64,000 bases of DNA, taken from positions 43,752,500 to 43,816,499 of the forward strand of contig CM074517.1 in assembly GCA_037379345.1 (NCBI GenBank), read 5' to 3'. Below, one piece after another: positions 1 to 14,591 of this stretch (position 1 is its first letter; every line of letters starts with the position of its first letter). A program made the translations under genes and the position numbers. This DNA comes from Perna viridis. Taxonomy: Eukaryota. The notes under the pieces are model-generated. The model searched no databases. It was not told the origin of the DNA and was given only the letters and a program-made list of their open reading frames with translations.

Positions 1-722
1 TACAATTCGTTACTCTATACAAGTTCTGATGAAATATAAAAGAATGAAACATCTATTTGTTGATTGTTAGTCTGTTCATTGATAATGGGTTAATGCCCTT
101 TATATCAATTTCCTCTAACACACACCTCATTAACCATAATACTACCTTAGATAGAAGTGTGAAAAATAAATATCCCACACACGACATGTATGATCCCTTC
201 GATCAAAATTAAAAGGTCGCTGATCTCAACAAGAATATCCTAGCAGGGTCGAGTCACATCTAGTGTACTGAACACAGCTTGCGTGTCACACTTGTCTCCC
301 TATTGATTTTACATAAATATGATCATAAAAAGATTTCCCTTGAGAATGAGAAAGCCAATATAGGATTATGAAGTCCCTTGTTTGCTAAGATGCCGCCAAG
401 GGTCTGGTAAGTTATTGTTGTGCAAAAAATATGATTTCTTCTACAAAATTTCTTATTTCTGATTCATTGGATTCTCACAAAATGTTTCATAGGGAATGAT
501 CTAAACCATAAAATTCAATTTTCTCACTAAAGAATCAATTTTAACATATTGTATTCGACTGAGTTCCCTGGATGGATGTAATGTTAGGCAATAATGGCTA
601 TGAGGTACTCAAGATTAAGTTTTTCTGAACTTTTACAGACTTGATCAATTTCTCTAACATATATTTCTTTGATTGGAGCTTTATCAAGTCATTAGCAACC
701 TCTCCATAAATATTTTGATGTT

Positions 723-1601
723 GCTCCAAATCATTAATGACTTTTCATAATATGTTACGTCATTTTCAGTGCAAAATGCATCCAAATCTAAGAAGACCTT
801 TGTAATTGTGAAACTTATTTATTTATTTTCTGAGTAATTCCAGGTGTTGTAAATTAACCATTTGCCTTGAATCACAGCACACACTGCCATCTCAAGGTAG
901 AAACCAGCCAAATATCAGGAAGAGTGTACTTCAGCAGAAAAGGCATTACTTAGGAGAATAGTGTCTAAAATATGACATAAGCTATTACAGGAGAAAACAA
1001 AGACTATTGGCGGTGGTGCATCAAGAATTCAGGTTAGAGGGGTATCAGCAGTGAGACAGAAAAATTTGGTAAAGAGTGGGTAAAATTTGTGAAAAAAATT
1101 CCAGACTTCATGTAAAAATAATAATAAAAAGAATGTTTCCACAATTTTTTATTTTTTTATTTTTATTTAATTATTTTTTTTTTTTATTTTTTTTTTTTTG
1201 GGGGGGAGGGTTGGAACCTGCCATGAATCTACACCCTGGTTTGTTGTAGAATGGCAGAATAAACAACAAGGATAAAACTACATACGCCGTAACTTTTTTG
1301 TTGGTGAGGACATTAAAATTTTGGACTGAAAATATGCCCTTTTATGCAAATGCATAAGTAAATGTTAGGCTCCAGTGTCTATTCATAGTTTGGTCCATTA
1401 ACTATTTAAGGAACCAAACAAAATGTTAACATTTTATAGTACACTCTAAACCCTTAAAATATTCTTCAGCTGCTCAAATTCACTAATGACTTTTCTAAAT
1501 AGATTACATCATGTTGAAGACAGACTGAATCTAAACCCCTGAGGACTTTGTAATAGTGAAACCATAACATCATTTTGACTGAAGAATTCCAGGTGTTACA
1601 A
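723..1601 (+). repeat. Old diverged direct duplication (~723-853 vs ~1471-1601)
   Basis: Shared TGCTC..AA..TAATGACTTTTC ... CTTTGTAAT.GTGAAAC ... AATTCCAGGTGTT. Confidence 0.65.
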
Positions 1602-2959
1602 CCAAAAGAAAGAATGAATCATCCTGAACTTTTCCCTCCAAACCAATTGTCTTTCTAATCATTCTGGAATTACCATTTTTCAAGGAATGGCATATTTGTT
1701 TTGATTATAATGATTCAGGCTTTTGCAAAAAATCATCTAAACATTGATTTAAAAATTTGAAATGTTTTTCCAAGAGCTCTGCCTAATCTACTGTTCATCA
1801 ATAGAATGCACATGGTAATTGTTGCCTGCATCAAGATGAAAAGGGACAGACATTGGTGGTTCACATTGACTTTGCCCAAGTTTTCCTACTGCCAGAGATA
1901 GATAAAACACAAGTTTACCACACAAAAATACTCAGCACTAAATTATGGAAGCAATTTTAAAAAAAAAAAAACAAAAAAAAAACAATGTCTTACTTGCTGT
2001 ATACTGGTAAATATAACATGCGAAATAACAGTAGGTTAGTAATTTTACGAAAGAACCGAAATTCAGTGCTTCAAATGTACATGTACTTGTATGTACAGGC
2101 CTAAAACTTAGGTACAAAGTCAAACAGGGTTATGATATAATGAAATTAAAATTGTCACAGTATTGGTGCTTTTTTTGTCATAAACTTTTGGCCAGACTTG
2201 TCAAATATCTTTTTAATATTCATGATGATTTAATGCATGCCCTCAATATACTCACCCCAAGAATCTACACAAAGTAAGTGGACTCTCACTTATTAAACAA
2301 AAGTATGCCCTCTAACATACAGTAACCAGTAAAAAAATTCTGTAAATTCAATAGAATTATTTTACCTTATTCTTTTACAAAGCTGCGTAGGCATTTCTCA
2401 AACAATATGTAGGAGACAATCTTTTAATCCTTTTATCCTTCAGTCAATATTTACATACATATTTTAAACATCCTTTGTTTAAAAGACAATAGATTTAGAA
2501 CAAAATAAACTTTTTTAAATGACACTTCTTTATATATATTAAGGTAATGAATCATATTTTGTTGAAGCAATTTCCTGACCATGTTAAAAAGTGATATAAT
2601 TATCACAATTTAGTGAGAAATTGGCAGCTCTCAACTTATTGAAAATTTATAATTTTCAGCGTAATGTACTAAACCACCCCAAATTATAGATTGGACATCA
2701 CTTTTTCTATAATTTCTCTTTCCGTAAACAAAACAAAAGTACATGTCATACAGGACATGTGTCTTGGTACGAACATGTACAAATACTTCCTAAGAGGGCA
2801 AACCAAAGTCTTGTGACTTTACAAACTTATCTATGACGGTTTAGAAAGAGGATAAATAAGCCCAACTTAAAGTACACTTGATTTGCTCCTTAAAAAACTA
2901 AACAACAATTATGAAGTTTACATTTAATAAAAAAAAAAAAATACACCAAATCAATATTG

Positions 2960-3150
2960 TACTGTGAAAGTACTTTAATTCATTGATACCAATATTCATG
3001 GAATAGGGAAGAAACACAAGTTTGTGGATTCTTGAATTTGTGGTTTTGGAGGTATTCAGTATGCACATCTAAGAAAATCTCCTTTTCGATGGAACCAAAT
3101 TTTGTGTTTAGCCTACTCACGAAAACCATGAAAATGGATACCCCACAAGC
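2960..3150 (+). mobile_element. TACTGT-ended short dispersed repeat (MITE-like); inverted copy at 55308-55493, remnant at ~35838-35985
   Basis: TACTGTGAAAGTACTTTAATTCATTGATACCAATATTCATGG...CACGAAAACCATGAAAATGGATACC aligns with the reverse complement of 55308-55493. Confidence 0.65.
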
Positions 3151-6100
3151 AATTTTAAAGTGAGAAAAGCTATGTTTTTGATATTTTTGAAGGTCAGTCA
3201 AAAAGCACTCTTTTATCATGTTGGTTGTAAGTACAATTTCTATCAAAATAAAGCTTAATTCAATAACTTCCTACTCCAAAAACAGACTTATGAAACCAGA
3301 AACTGTATCAGATAACGCTCTACTCCGTATCTCAAGCTTGTATAATGTAACAAAATATATTATCGAACAAGAGAACAAATTCAATTGAAAACTATATAGT
3401 CTGACAAATAAATGAATCCAAAATCTGTACAATTCAACACTGTATCAAAAATCTGTAAAATGTAAAAAATAACAGACAGTACCAAAATACTTTACCAGAA
3501 ACATGAATACTACAATGATTGAATCTATCAAACAATATTGGTTACTGGTCAATAATTTTAGAGTTACTGATTACACAAAGAAGGTACACCCTAAGTGTGA
3601 CAAATGGGCTGACAGACAGAGTCGAGCAGCTACTAGACCTGCTTCCATCATTGCATATTTCTCCAGATACATCTATACACCAACAAAAACTACAAAATCT
3701 TTATTCTTTAACACCACTCTGCACCCAGTAACCTGCACTTCAAAAACTTACTAGACCAGAAAGCTCTTCACTTCAACAAGACACAGTTCTAAATACCAGA
3801 GTGTCTTCTCTTAAAATAAACTGTACTAAAGCCTCTTTAATTCAACAATGTTCTGATTATAAACCTGAAGAGTAAACAGGATACCAGTTTTAACATAAAA
3901 CATAACATACCATACACTGTTTAAGTTTATTCCTGGTGTCAAAAACAAATTTTACCAAATATTCTTTTGGACTAAAAGACTCCATCATATAATAGAAATT
4001 ACAGATATCGTGCAAGTTTCAGCTGAAGTGGTCTTTCATGAACTATAACTGATCCAGACTATAACCTAAATGCTAGACCTAATGCATCACGTACAATCCC
4101 TTATGTTCAGTTTCAGACAATGCAAAGCCATTGGTTCAGTAACAGGAGTCAAAACTGATCATTCACTTCTCAAATTATACATTTGATACAAGTATATAAA
4201 AGGAAAATGTCCAACATAATATGATATAACTGTCTTAATGTGATTGTATAAGATACTTATTTGATATACAATCATATATACTTGGGAACTAGAAAGACAC
4301 AACAGTCTTGTATTACAGTGCATACAATGGTGATGTTCAGGGGATCAAGTTGGTTTTCCATTGATTAAAGGACGATCATCTGAGGAACTTCCTTAGGCAA
4401 ATGACTGGACAGTTATTAAAGAAAAAATTTGACTTCTAACAGATAATTCAATAGAATTTGAAAGAAAGTTGAAATCTCATTCTCAATTACTCAATCAATA
4501 AGTTAGGTAATCATGTAGTGATGATACAATTTCTATTCTCTGATCATTATCATTGTTTGAGCTGTAATACTTCTTAACATGGATCTGACAATACATTTCA
4601 TAAAAATCTGCAAGGGATGATAAATTTGAATATTTTTTGTTCTGAAGTAGGTCATATTTTAATACAACACTGCCATTTTGCATACTTAATCTTTCTAATC
4701 AGTGACTTTAAAAGTTTTTAAGTCAAATTTTTGCTTACATGGCAATTAACTTGTACAAGTACATGCACCACATGTCATTCAGTGCATATAACAAGGAACA
4801 TGACAATGATATGGTATATGATTATGAACATTAAATACATGGATAATATCTGGAATGTTTCCTGTTAAAAAGAGTTCTAGAAAGAGATAAAACATTGCAA
4901 ACCAGTACAACAATGGCATAAAGAAAGTCAGCTGGTCATTTAAAAAAAACCTAACCCCTACCAACAGCCACTGACCAACAAATGGTAATCAAACTGGATA
5001 AACTGGGATGAAAATTGGTGTGTGTACAACATATCAGGTTCAAACCAGAATAATCCTATGTTTCAGTGTCTTTACTGGTTAATGTTATCACCATCCATTC
5101 AATAAAATAAAACCAAATTTTGTTTTAAATACATGTACTATTTTGATTACACTCTTAAAGTTTTAGATTTATTTTATAAAAAAAAAATACTCTATAAAAA
5201 GTAAAATACCTGTAAATATTGCTGAAAGTCATAGTCCTGCCCTCTAGACACAAGAACAATGTGTATAACACATGGGAGTTTAGAGGATAGGTTTATGTAA
5301 TGTATATAATTCTTTCCTCATCAGTACCAGTCATAGATGTACAAAAACACAGTGCTTGCTGGAAAGTGTTCAGCTACTTCAAACAAAGTTATAATTGGTG
5401 TGAATTAATCATAATTGTTCTAGTACACCTACATATATTGAGCAACAGCTCTTAAAATGTCAAGAAGACCATTATACATATCTTTTCAGAAGCAGTTATG
5501 CCTCTGTGGCTGTACATTTTTTGGGGTAATGGGAGATAAATCTTCATTTGGAGGCAACTATTCGAATTCAGCACAACAATGAATGACAAATTGTTCTACA
5601 CTGGAGTAAAATGGTTCTTAGGATGTGAACATATTCTATCCTCAATTGTCCTCACTTCTCCATAAAAGATCAAATTTGTATATATTACAAAAGATCTTGG
5701 ATACTGAGACCTTATCACTATGAACAGCAGGTCCACACACATCATATAGGAAGTACCTAATAAATAGCTAAAATCAGGAGCATTTATTTTTTTTATAATT
5801 TGTATGCTATTGATAATCATTACAATTATCATATATTCTAATATGTGTTTCAATGCCCTTTAGACCACAGCCATGGTAAAAGCTATTTCTTGGGGTAAAA
5901 CACTGCAACATAAATGGTGTCCATTGTAAAACAATGATAAAATGTGAGTTCCTTGATTTATTTCTTAAATTACTTGCACTCCAGAGAATTAAGAATAAAA
6001 AGACTGCAACATAGACCATCTTTGTATTATTCTGCTTATAAAATAAAAAATCATAGTAGTTCCAAGTTCCCAAAGTTAAGGTATTGTCACCACTATATTA

Positions 6101-7907
6101 TAGTCGGACTCAGTCTACCACCACAAAACTTCTTCTGAAAATGGTAGCATTCTGATAGATGTTACTAAATGTGGTAGAGAAAGTAGAAAAAAATACACAG
6201 AACGTTCTAAATGCCTACAAATTATCACACAAAACTTAATGTCAAAACCACACTGTGTAATAACAGGAAGGAAGCTACATACATGTACATGCAAGATTAT
6301 GTAAAATGAAAAATGACTAAATACCATGTGGATTTATTTTCTGGAGCAGCAATGGCACAATCACTGACCCTGTTTATGGGATAAAAAGAAAATGATTACT
6401 TCAAACCTGGCAGTGCCAGGGAGTTTTAAAACCACCACATATTCAATAGCTTTCCTACTGGTTAGAAATTAAATGGTTTACTGAAATACTCTGAAGTAAA
6501 GTGGCAAAAGGAAAGATATAAAAGAGTGATTTCTATTGACTTTAGCATATACCATAACTAACATGAGATTATAAAGACATATAAAAAAACCAAGTCTCTT
6601 CATATTTACAGGATGTCATCACAATTCTTTTTTTTAAAGGCAACAATTGAAGATATTTGGGTGCTGCATTATTAAAACAAATCTTTTTCTAAATTATCAC
6701 TGAAAATTGACGGAATAAATTGGGCAAGAAAGACACTGCAGAGGAAAAAGAGAAAAAAAAGTTGCTATATTTTTTCTCTTTTTCATTTTGTGTCACCATC
6801 AGTTGACTGTTTAATAATTCAAATTTTGAACCAACACACAGAAGTGTCATTAAGTTGCAAGTATTGAATAATCAATCAAATTGATTAAAATAGCTTGACT
6901 GGGTTAAATGACCTTATACTTTTATCAGAACAAAACAAGTTCAACATGAATTTCAAAGTATTATCCCAAGTCTTTGTAAATCACCCTACACATAAAGATA
7001 TCTTTATAGGATGATACTCTTATATATATATATCCTAGCCTTAGAAATATCAAAACTCTATAAAACTGCTACAGACCTCATTGTAAATGATGGATTTATT
7101 CCCTCAAAATCACTTCAACAAAATGAACCTTTCAGTACAATACTGTTTTCACAACTACACTTTGGAAATACTCCAAATCATTTCAAGTGAAAATCCAAGA
7201 CACTTGCAGAAAATTAGCATACCATCCTAACCAAGCACATGTGGGATTTCAGAAAGAAAAGAATAAACAATTTTTTGGATGATTTATCATTTAGGGGATG
7301 CCTAATTATAACAGTATATATACAAATGTTTAGGGTTTACAGTTGTATACAAAGTTCACATCTGTTAGTTTTACTGCAGGCAACATTTTATTTTCTTACA
7401 TAAACCTTTAAGTCATATGAAGTACAGAAAGATGCCATTTTGTCATAAAATCTCACTTCAAAGACACTTTCATACAGATTTATCATGCATTTCAGTAAAT
7501 AGAAAAGATAAGTCTTCTACAACTGACAGAATAACACCACAATTCAAAGGTGACAAAAGCACCATACAGTAAGAAATCAGGTGCTTTTAAAGTTACAAAC
7601 CAAGAACTTAGTGGTACAACATAACCAAGCTATTACAAAATATCTGCAGTTACTTAAATGAACTAGAAATATTTTCAATAAACCTACATGTAAGACGCTC
7701 AGTAATACACACAACAAAATTCAAACATTTTAACAAGGAGCCAGTCATTACAAATGTAAACACCTAGTGAAACAATTATTTATTTACAGCAAGGAAAATG
7801 ATAAACATCATGGGATGGAGATGGAGATTGTCTTCCCTTGATTGAATGACCTATTATCTAATGAAATGGTTTCTGTAGCAATGATCATAATTAATGAGGC
7901 AATTTAA

Positions 7908-8119
7908 GGAGGTAGACCTAGGGTAAGGGACATAACTTATGAAGTCATTGATATGTTTGTATCATATTCAATTTCACCAAATGCTATCAAGCTTTCGTTT
8001 GACACAGAATGAAATTAATCTAAGTTACTTTGATGTTTATATGACATTGATGTAAAATGCTCAATACAAACGTTCCAATGATTTTTAAGAGTTGTGTCCC
8101 TTACACTAGGTATACATCC
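7908..8119. mobile_element. MITE with ~30-bp TIRs at a TTAA site (Kolobok/Crypton-like termini)
   Basis: ttaa-GGAGGTAGACCTAGGGTAAGGGACATAACT ... AGTTGTGTCCCTTACACTAGGTATACATCC-ttga; second copy at 56351. Confidence 0.75.
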
Positions 8120-8602
8120 TTGAACTTTCTAATCTTTCAGTGATTTTAAATATCTGTGAAATAGCTCATAGGTAAATATCCTTGTTAATTGTCCTGTTAA
8201 ATATGCAAGTCATATCAGTCAGTGAAGAGCCATGAGGTTTACTATTTTACTCGCTGTGACTCTAAAGTCAAGCACAGAAAACAAAACCAAACTTCATCCC
8301 AAATCACAACCCAAAAATAGATTATTTATTATAATAGTACTGTAGTTGTTTCTCCAGCCTATTGGATTAAAGAAATTCAACATTTATTGCAGGTAATTTT
8401 GTCATAGTTTTAGATTTCTGTGAAATTAAGAAAACCTCAAATCATTTGAATAAAGAATCTTAAAAAGGCATGAAATATATGTGATTACAAAGCCACAGAA
8501 TCTATAAAAAAATCTGTTAACAAACCCTTCCTATTTTTTCCAGTTGTAAAAACATTGAAATAAAATTCCAAATTTAGGAGGTCAAAAATTAAAAACACTT
8601 AC

Positions 8603-8713
8603 AGTCTTTGGTTGGATCCTTGTAAATCTTCTGAGACAGGATTCTGGCGGTTACGTTTCCGAGTCAACCTTCCAAGACTCATTGTTCTTTTCAAAGACCC
8701 AACAAATGTGCTT
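8603..8713 (-). CDS. RASAL2: Internal symmetric coding exon (111 nt, phase 2-2): STFVGSLKRTMSLGRLTRKRNRQNPVSEDLQGSNQR(L)
   Basis: Acceptor tatttctcactttttag, donor CT|gtaagt, GC-richer than flanks, open in the phase supplied by both the 17272 and 14962 donors. Confidence 0.85.
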
Positions 8714-11700
8714 CTAAAAAGTGAGAAATAACAAAACGGGTGTAAGACAAACGTGCATAACAAAAATTAACAACAACACCAAAGTAACAAAGCATGTGAA
8801 ATTAAAAAGTATGCTAACTATTTATCAAAGCACAATAGGTTAATAAAAGTACAAGGAGGCACAGTTAGGACAAACATGCATTCAAAATATAAACATGGAA
8901 AATAATAAACATCATTTAAGAGGTCCATATTTCAGTCTGAAGTGTCAGTTATTTTATGAGGTACTTTTGTAAATTACAACTTCCTAAAGAGACATAAAAA
9001 AACAAGTACATTTACAGAGGAGTGAGTACAGTTTGTCCCATAATGTGCCCCTTGTTTACTGCAGACCACTTAAAGCAGCAACATCAACCAGGAAAAGTAA
9101 GCTTGAACAGTCTCTATTGTGTCATGTCATTGACATTAGGCAACAACAGCAACTCCACCCTTACAAAAAAACACATGTCAGTGTAGCCTTCATGACTGGC
9201 GAGTTTTGATAAATATTTCACCTTTTTATTAAATTTCTAAATGTACTATATTTTTTTTTTACTTTCAGTACCCGTATTAACTTTGACTACTTGGCAATTG
9301 TTCTATCATTAGCCAGAAAAAAATACTCAACTTTAGTTGTTTAAGCTACCAAGATACATCCTTGTTTTCTTCAGAAGCCTGAGGAAATAGTGCTACTTTT
9401 TTCAAATTCCATTAAAGAAATAAAAATATGATTGTTTTTGTCCAAGATTCAAGTCACAGACAACTTTCAAATCACAAAACAAATATTAATGCGTAAACAA
9501 CCAAAAATTTATATTCATAAAACATATTGCATGCAACTTTTCCATTATCACATAAAAATATGGGTATCAGGATACAGAAGTTGCATGTTGAAGACAGTAA
9601 AATTAGCATAACCACCCCCACAGTCCATAAATCAATAACTTGGTTTCCATTCGAAGGTAGTACTGGAACTTTAAACATCAAAAACATTGATGCCCACTAC
9701 CCAATATGCTTATGTGTGATGTGATGCAATGAAAGACATTAATGAAGAGTTGCTTAAAATTTTTATTTGAATGGCCAAGTTTATTCAGACCATTTAAATT
9801 TTACAGATTTTCATCAGTAAAATGAGTTAAAGGGTATGTACTTTTCTCATTATATGTAAGGCCATCCTTAAACACTCATTGATTTCCTTTTTTCTTTTTT
9901 TTTTCTTTTACTTTGATTAAAACTTTGGATGTAGGTAGGAAAGGGACATTTGTTTTTTATGTTCATTCTTGTTTTTAGGGGCAAAAGATCCAACAAAAAG
10001 TAACAATAAAATTTCTTAAAAAGCATACCAGTAGGCACATTTTGTGAATTTATCAATAAACAACAAACCAAGAACATTTTAAGGATGGCCTAAATATGTC
10101 AATTCAATTTCAAGTCACCAATAGGAATTTGTGAAAAAAAACAGAAGTTTATCTATTACCATTATCTTCCACAGCCTTGATTATTTATCTATGTGATGCT
10201 CCTTGTTAACCAGAATAGATAGTCCTAACAATAACACATGTTAAGTTGCAATGAAGATAACACCTTACTCCAGCATCAGTAAGTCAAGCATACAAATCTA
10301 TGTGTTTTACTCTCAGTTTTTGTTAACCTGTAATTAACTGGTTCCTCCTATTGTTCCATAATGCATGCTTGTCAAAGTTTGGTTTCTCAAATCATTTTGT
10401 TACGTGACCAAAAATCATGCACCCTAGTACATGGATGACAGATGGCATTAATCATAGAGAGCTCAAAGATGAATATACCTTCAAGGGAACATATCATTTC
10501 TGACATTGATACCCATAAAATGAAAGAATTGTTAAATTGCAAATATTTCAAAATTTCATCCTCTGGCATTCATATTCCACACGTTTTATCAGCATAAAAA
10601 AATAACACATTTTCCCCTTAACAGAGACATGCTGAAAAAAAAAGTCTGTGAATGTCTGAGGACTATAAAACAGCATGATAAATGAACAAAGTAGATGTTG
10701 GAAGGATGGAACAAAAGGCAAACATGGAATTAAGGCCTAACAGCAAAATTCCAAGAAAATTTCCCAATATGAAACTAATATTTGTTCCTTGTAATCTAAT
10801 ATTTGTAATCTTTACTATTTTGCTTAGATTTTATAGAAATTTCAAAGCTAAACAAACGAAACATACCTTAATCTGCATCTTGGTTTTTGACTTAGACATA
10901 TTTCTGACTTGCAAAGCCTTAGTGACATTTCCTATCCTATGAAACTTGGACCAAAACAAAACGTTTGCCAAGATTATAACAGACAGTATACAGACTCTGA
11001 ATACAGGAAATGGGTACACATCTGTTTACAGATGACAGGAAGTCTAATTCACATCGGAAACCTGAATCAGTTTCCTATGTACATAACAACACTATATGAA
11101 GTCAACACAGACTAATTTTTTTTATTTATTTATTAGATTTTCTGTAGTTGTTACAACCCTTACATCTTAGACCAGATGAAGAAATTTTCGAAGAAATGCG
11201 GCTTTCCAGTATATTAATCTGTGATATTATCTGGTAGCCTTGGGCAAAATAGTAAAGCATAATATTAGTCATTCTATAATTTTTATTATCTTCCAAAGAT
11301 ACAATTGCTTTATCTAAGATTTGAGAACCTTGAAGAAACCAATTTCCTTCATCAGGTACCTACATTAGTTACTGACAAACGTGATTTTTTTTTTGTACAA
11401 GTTTGGATATATACTCACACCAAGATCAGCAGCAGTGGTGACAAATCATTAGCAATGTTAATCTTATTAAAATTATATACCTATCAACTGTTCTATTCAG
11501 TCACTACATGTAGGATCTAACAACACTCCAATCTACTTTCTGTTTGGATGAAATTTTTTATCAGCCAATCAGATTTCATCTGTCATGATTTTATACAAGC
11601 ATTATACAAAGGGAAAGACCCGAGGATTCTGAAAAGGTCATCTGAACAGAAAGTAGAATGGAATGTTGCAGTGACTGGATGGAACAATGGATAGGTCTAA

Positions 11701-12387
11701 TTTTCATCAGATTGAATCCCATAAAAACGAAGATAAATGGTCCTAGTTTCATACAATAATGAGAATTGACATTTTCTTTTTTAAAAAAAAAAACATCCTG
11801 TCAGTTAAGTCTTTTAAAGGACTAATTTAGTAAAAACTGATCTAAGAAAAAATTTTTGTAAAAACAATTATAACAGGCAAGAAATATATAAAGAAATTTA
11901 TTCAAAATAGAGCTAAGTAAACTCATACTGGTTTGGAGCAACCATCAATTATTTGGTGAATTCAGAGAAATAATGTCAGTAAACTGGGAATAATATGCAT
12001 TTTACATCAGAACAGATGTGCATGAGGGGAGATAGGCGATGTAATTATTTTCTGCCAAGTAGAATTGCTTGTTAAACATCTGTTGGAAGTATTTTTACCA
12101 GGCAGGAATCCATGACAAGGGAAGTAACTCTAAACATATACTGCTGACACTGCTGAGAAAATTTCTATTAGCAAACCATTCAAGTTTACATCAACAAATA
12201 TTTCATACTGACTTTGATTTTATACATCATGTGTAACTCCTTGTCTACAATACATGTAAGACAGTAAGAAAGATGCAACTTTAAAAAGTATAAAATATTA
12301 CTTCATGCCATAGAAACCATAAATTAGGAGAAAAATGTCACTTTTTTTTTACTGTTGAATATAAAAACTATAAACTATTAACTATAA

Positions 12388-12826
12388 AAATATGTCAACG
12401 AGACAGGATGACACAGATAATGAACTTACCCCAAAACCCATGTTCATATTTCAGGTATGGTGTTACTTTCAGGTAAATCACAGGTTAATTATCATGTACT
12501 GGCAAATATCATGTCACACACAACTAATTATCAATTAGTCAATCAGTGGCCAACAATATTTTCATCACTATCATGGATTTTAACCCCAGTCCCCTACTCT
12601 TGGTAGAATGGTATCTTCTATTCAAACTATTTGGGGTGTACTGGTTGTCCCAACTAAGATTATTAAGGATGACATAAAATTGGGTCAATTTGGAGATTTA
12701 AATGCATGTACTAGCAAAACTGAAACTATGAAATACCAATTTTCTCCCAACTGGCAATAATAAGTCCTAACAGAGGCAGATCCAGTCACTTTGAAAAGAA
12801 GGGGTACTAGTACATTATTTGCCATT
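12388..12826 (+). repeat. ~440-bp direct duplication, copy 1
   Basis: Near-identical to 14157-14591, with scattered substitutions and small indels. Confidence 0.95.
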
Positions 12827-13537
12827 TTTGTTTTCACTGTTGAATATAAAAACTTCTTAAAATTTGTAAAGGGAAAATTGATTGACACAAGTGGTATACA
12901 ATGTATATAAAGATATTTGAACTTCAATTTAAAAATCTACAGGTTTATTGTTCTCCTCTTATTTTCTGTTTTGTTCAATCCAAAACAAATCATGTCCTTA
13001 ACTATACAACAGAAGTAATCTTTTATTTGACCTAATTTCCAATACAGCTGCTAATGCATTCAACTGCACACTCCTGACACACTTCCATAACAAAGACAGA
13101 CAACATAATAGAAGATGTCATTCATTTTATAACAATAACATTTGTACAACTGATCCAATGATTTATTACCCTACACATCTGCTCGACATAAAAAATATTC
13201 ATAATTTCAAAAGGTTTATCTCCCTTGAATTACATATCTTTCTTTTGAAGTAGCCTAGCAACTATTCATTAACTACAATATAAACTTATGAAGAATTTAA
13301 GATAATACAGTTTTTCATAATTCCTAAGGGTATAAATGATGCAACAAAATGCTTCATAAATTTTTATCATTTCTTCTGCAGTACTATACTTCCATGGTAT
13401 ATCATTAATAGAACTTAAAGTTAAATTATCATCCCATCATTTAGACATGTATTTTATCAGATTTGTTTGATAGTACATTCCTTGTCTAGGCTTCAGCTAG
13501 GTTTAAAAAAAAATCTATCCTAAAGAAAAATAACCGA

Positions 13538-13845
13538 GCTGACAGAATAAAGTGCTATGATAAAAACTTGCAGTAATGGGTCAATGAATTCAGCAGATAT
13601 GGTTAGCAGCCTAGGCTGACAGTTGAAAGTGCTATGATTAACACTTGCAGTAATCAATAGGGTTTAAGGGTTTACTGAAGAAAAAAAAACAGTGCTTCAA
13701 CTTAAGGAGATCTGCAGTTACGGATAAAGCTTGCTGAAGACAGGGCTCTTACTCGTATAGAACTATGCAGTAACAGATATAATCGTAGAACTCACTGAAT
13801 AAAGGACTGTTTCACAAGTAATTCTACAGTAATTGATAGGTACTA
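13538..13845. repeat. Degenerate minisatellite (~5 units of roughly 55-80 bp)
   Basis: Recurring (G/A)CTGA...TGCAGT(A/T)A frame; the first two units share GCTGACAG..AAAGTGCTATGAT.AA.ACTTGCAGTAAT. Confidence 0.55.
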
Positions 13846-14156
13846 TAACTAAACATCTGTACAATGAATGTGTTTTGTTTTTAGTCGTTTTAATTGTGCG
13901 GACCATAGATTAATATAAAAATTTCAACCAACCCACCACTTATCAGTACACCCTCAATATAGGAGAATATTTCAAATCCCATTTATTTGAAATAAGAAAA
14001 TCTTTAAATCTTGCGAAAACAAATGAACAGAATATGAGTAAATTTTAGACAGTTGACGGTTTCATATCAAAAGTATGGTATTTACCATTTTGAAATATTC
14101 CAGCAAAAAATCCAATGTCATTGAATATACTAAGTTCTTCCTCCTTCTATCAGCAC

Positions 14157-14591
14157 AAATATGTCAACAAGACAGGATGACACAGATAATGAACTTACCC
14201 CAAAACCCATGTTCATATTTCAGGTATGGTGTTACTTTCAATATCACAGGTTAATTATCATGTACTGGCAAATATCATGTCACACACAACTAATTATCAA
14301 TTAGTGATCAGTGGCCAACAATATTTTCATCACTATCATGGATTTTAACCCCAGTCCCCTACTCTTGGTAGAATGGTATCTTCTATTTGAACTATCTGGG
14401 GTGTACTGGTTGTCCCAACTAAGATTATTAGGGGTGACATAAAATTGGGTCAATTTGGAGATTTAAATGCATGTACTAACAAAACTGAAACTATGAAATA
14501 CCAGTTTTCTCCCAACTGTCAATAATAAGACCTAACAGAGGCCGATGCAGTCACTTTGAAAAGAAGGGGTACTAGTACATTATTTGCCATT
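14157..14591 (+). repeat. ~435-bp direct duplication, copy 2
   Basis: Near-identical to 12388-12826. Confidence 0.95.

Noticed and set aside
1-8602. Search for the next conserved exon (expected S-R/H-SHESLL-type motif) and the C2/RasGAP domains
   Set aside because: Not found by eye; presumed to lie beyond base 1
10269-10291. MLDLLML mini-ORF with a phase-2 donor
   Set aside because: Mediocre donor (GA|gtaagg), very short, no other support; consistent with chance
12388-14591. LTR/TRIM retrotransposon (direct repeats can be drawn as TG...CA)
   Set aside because: No matching TSD, no primer-binding site or clear polypurine tract, and similarity extends beyond the TG/CA boundaries
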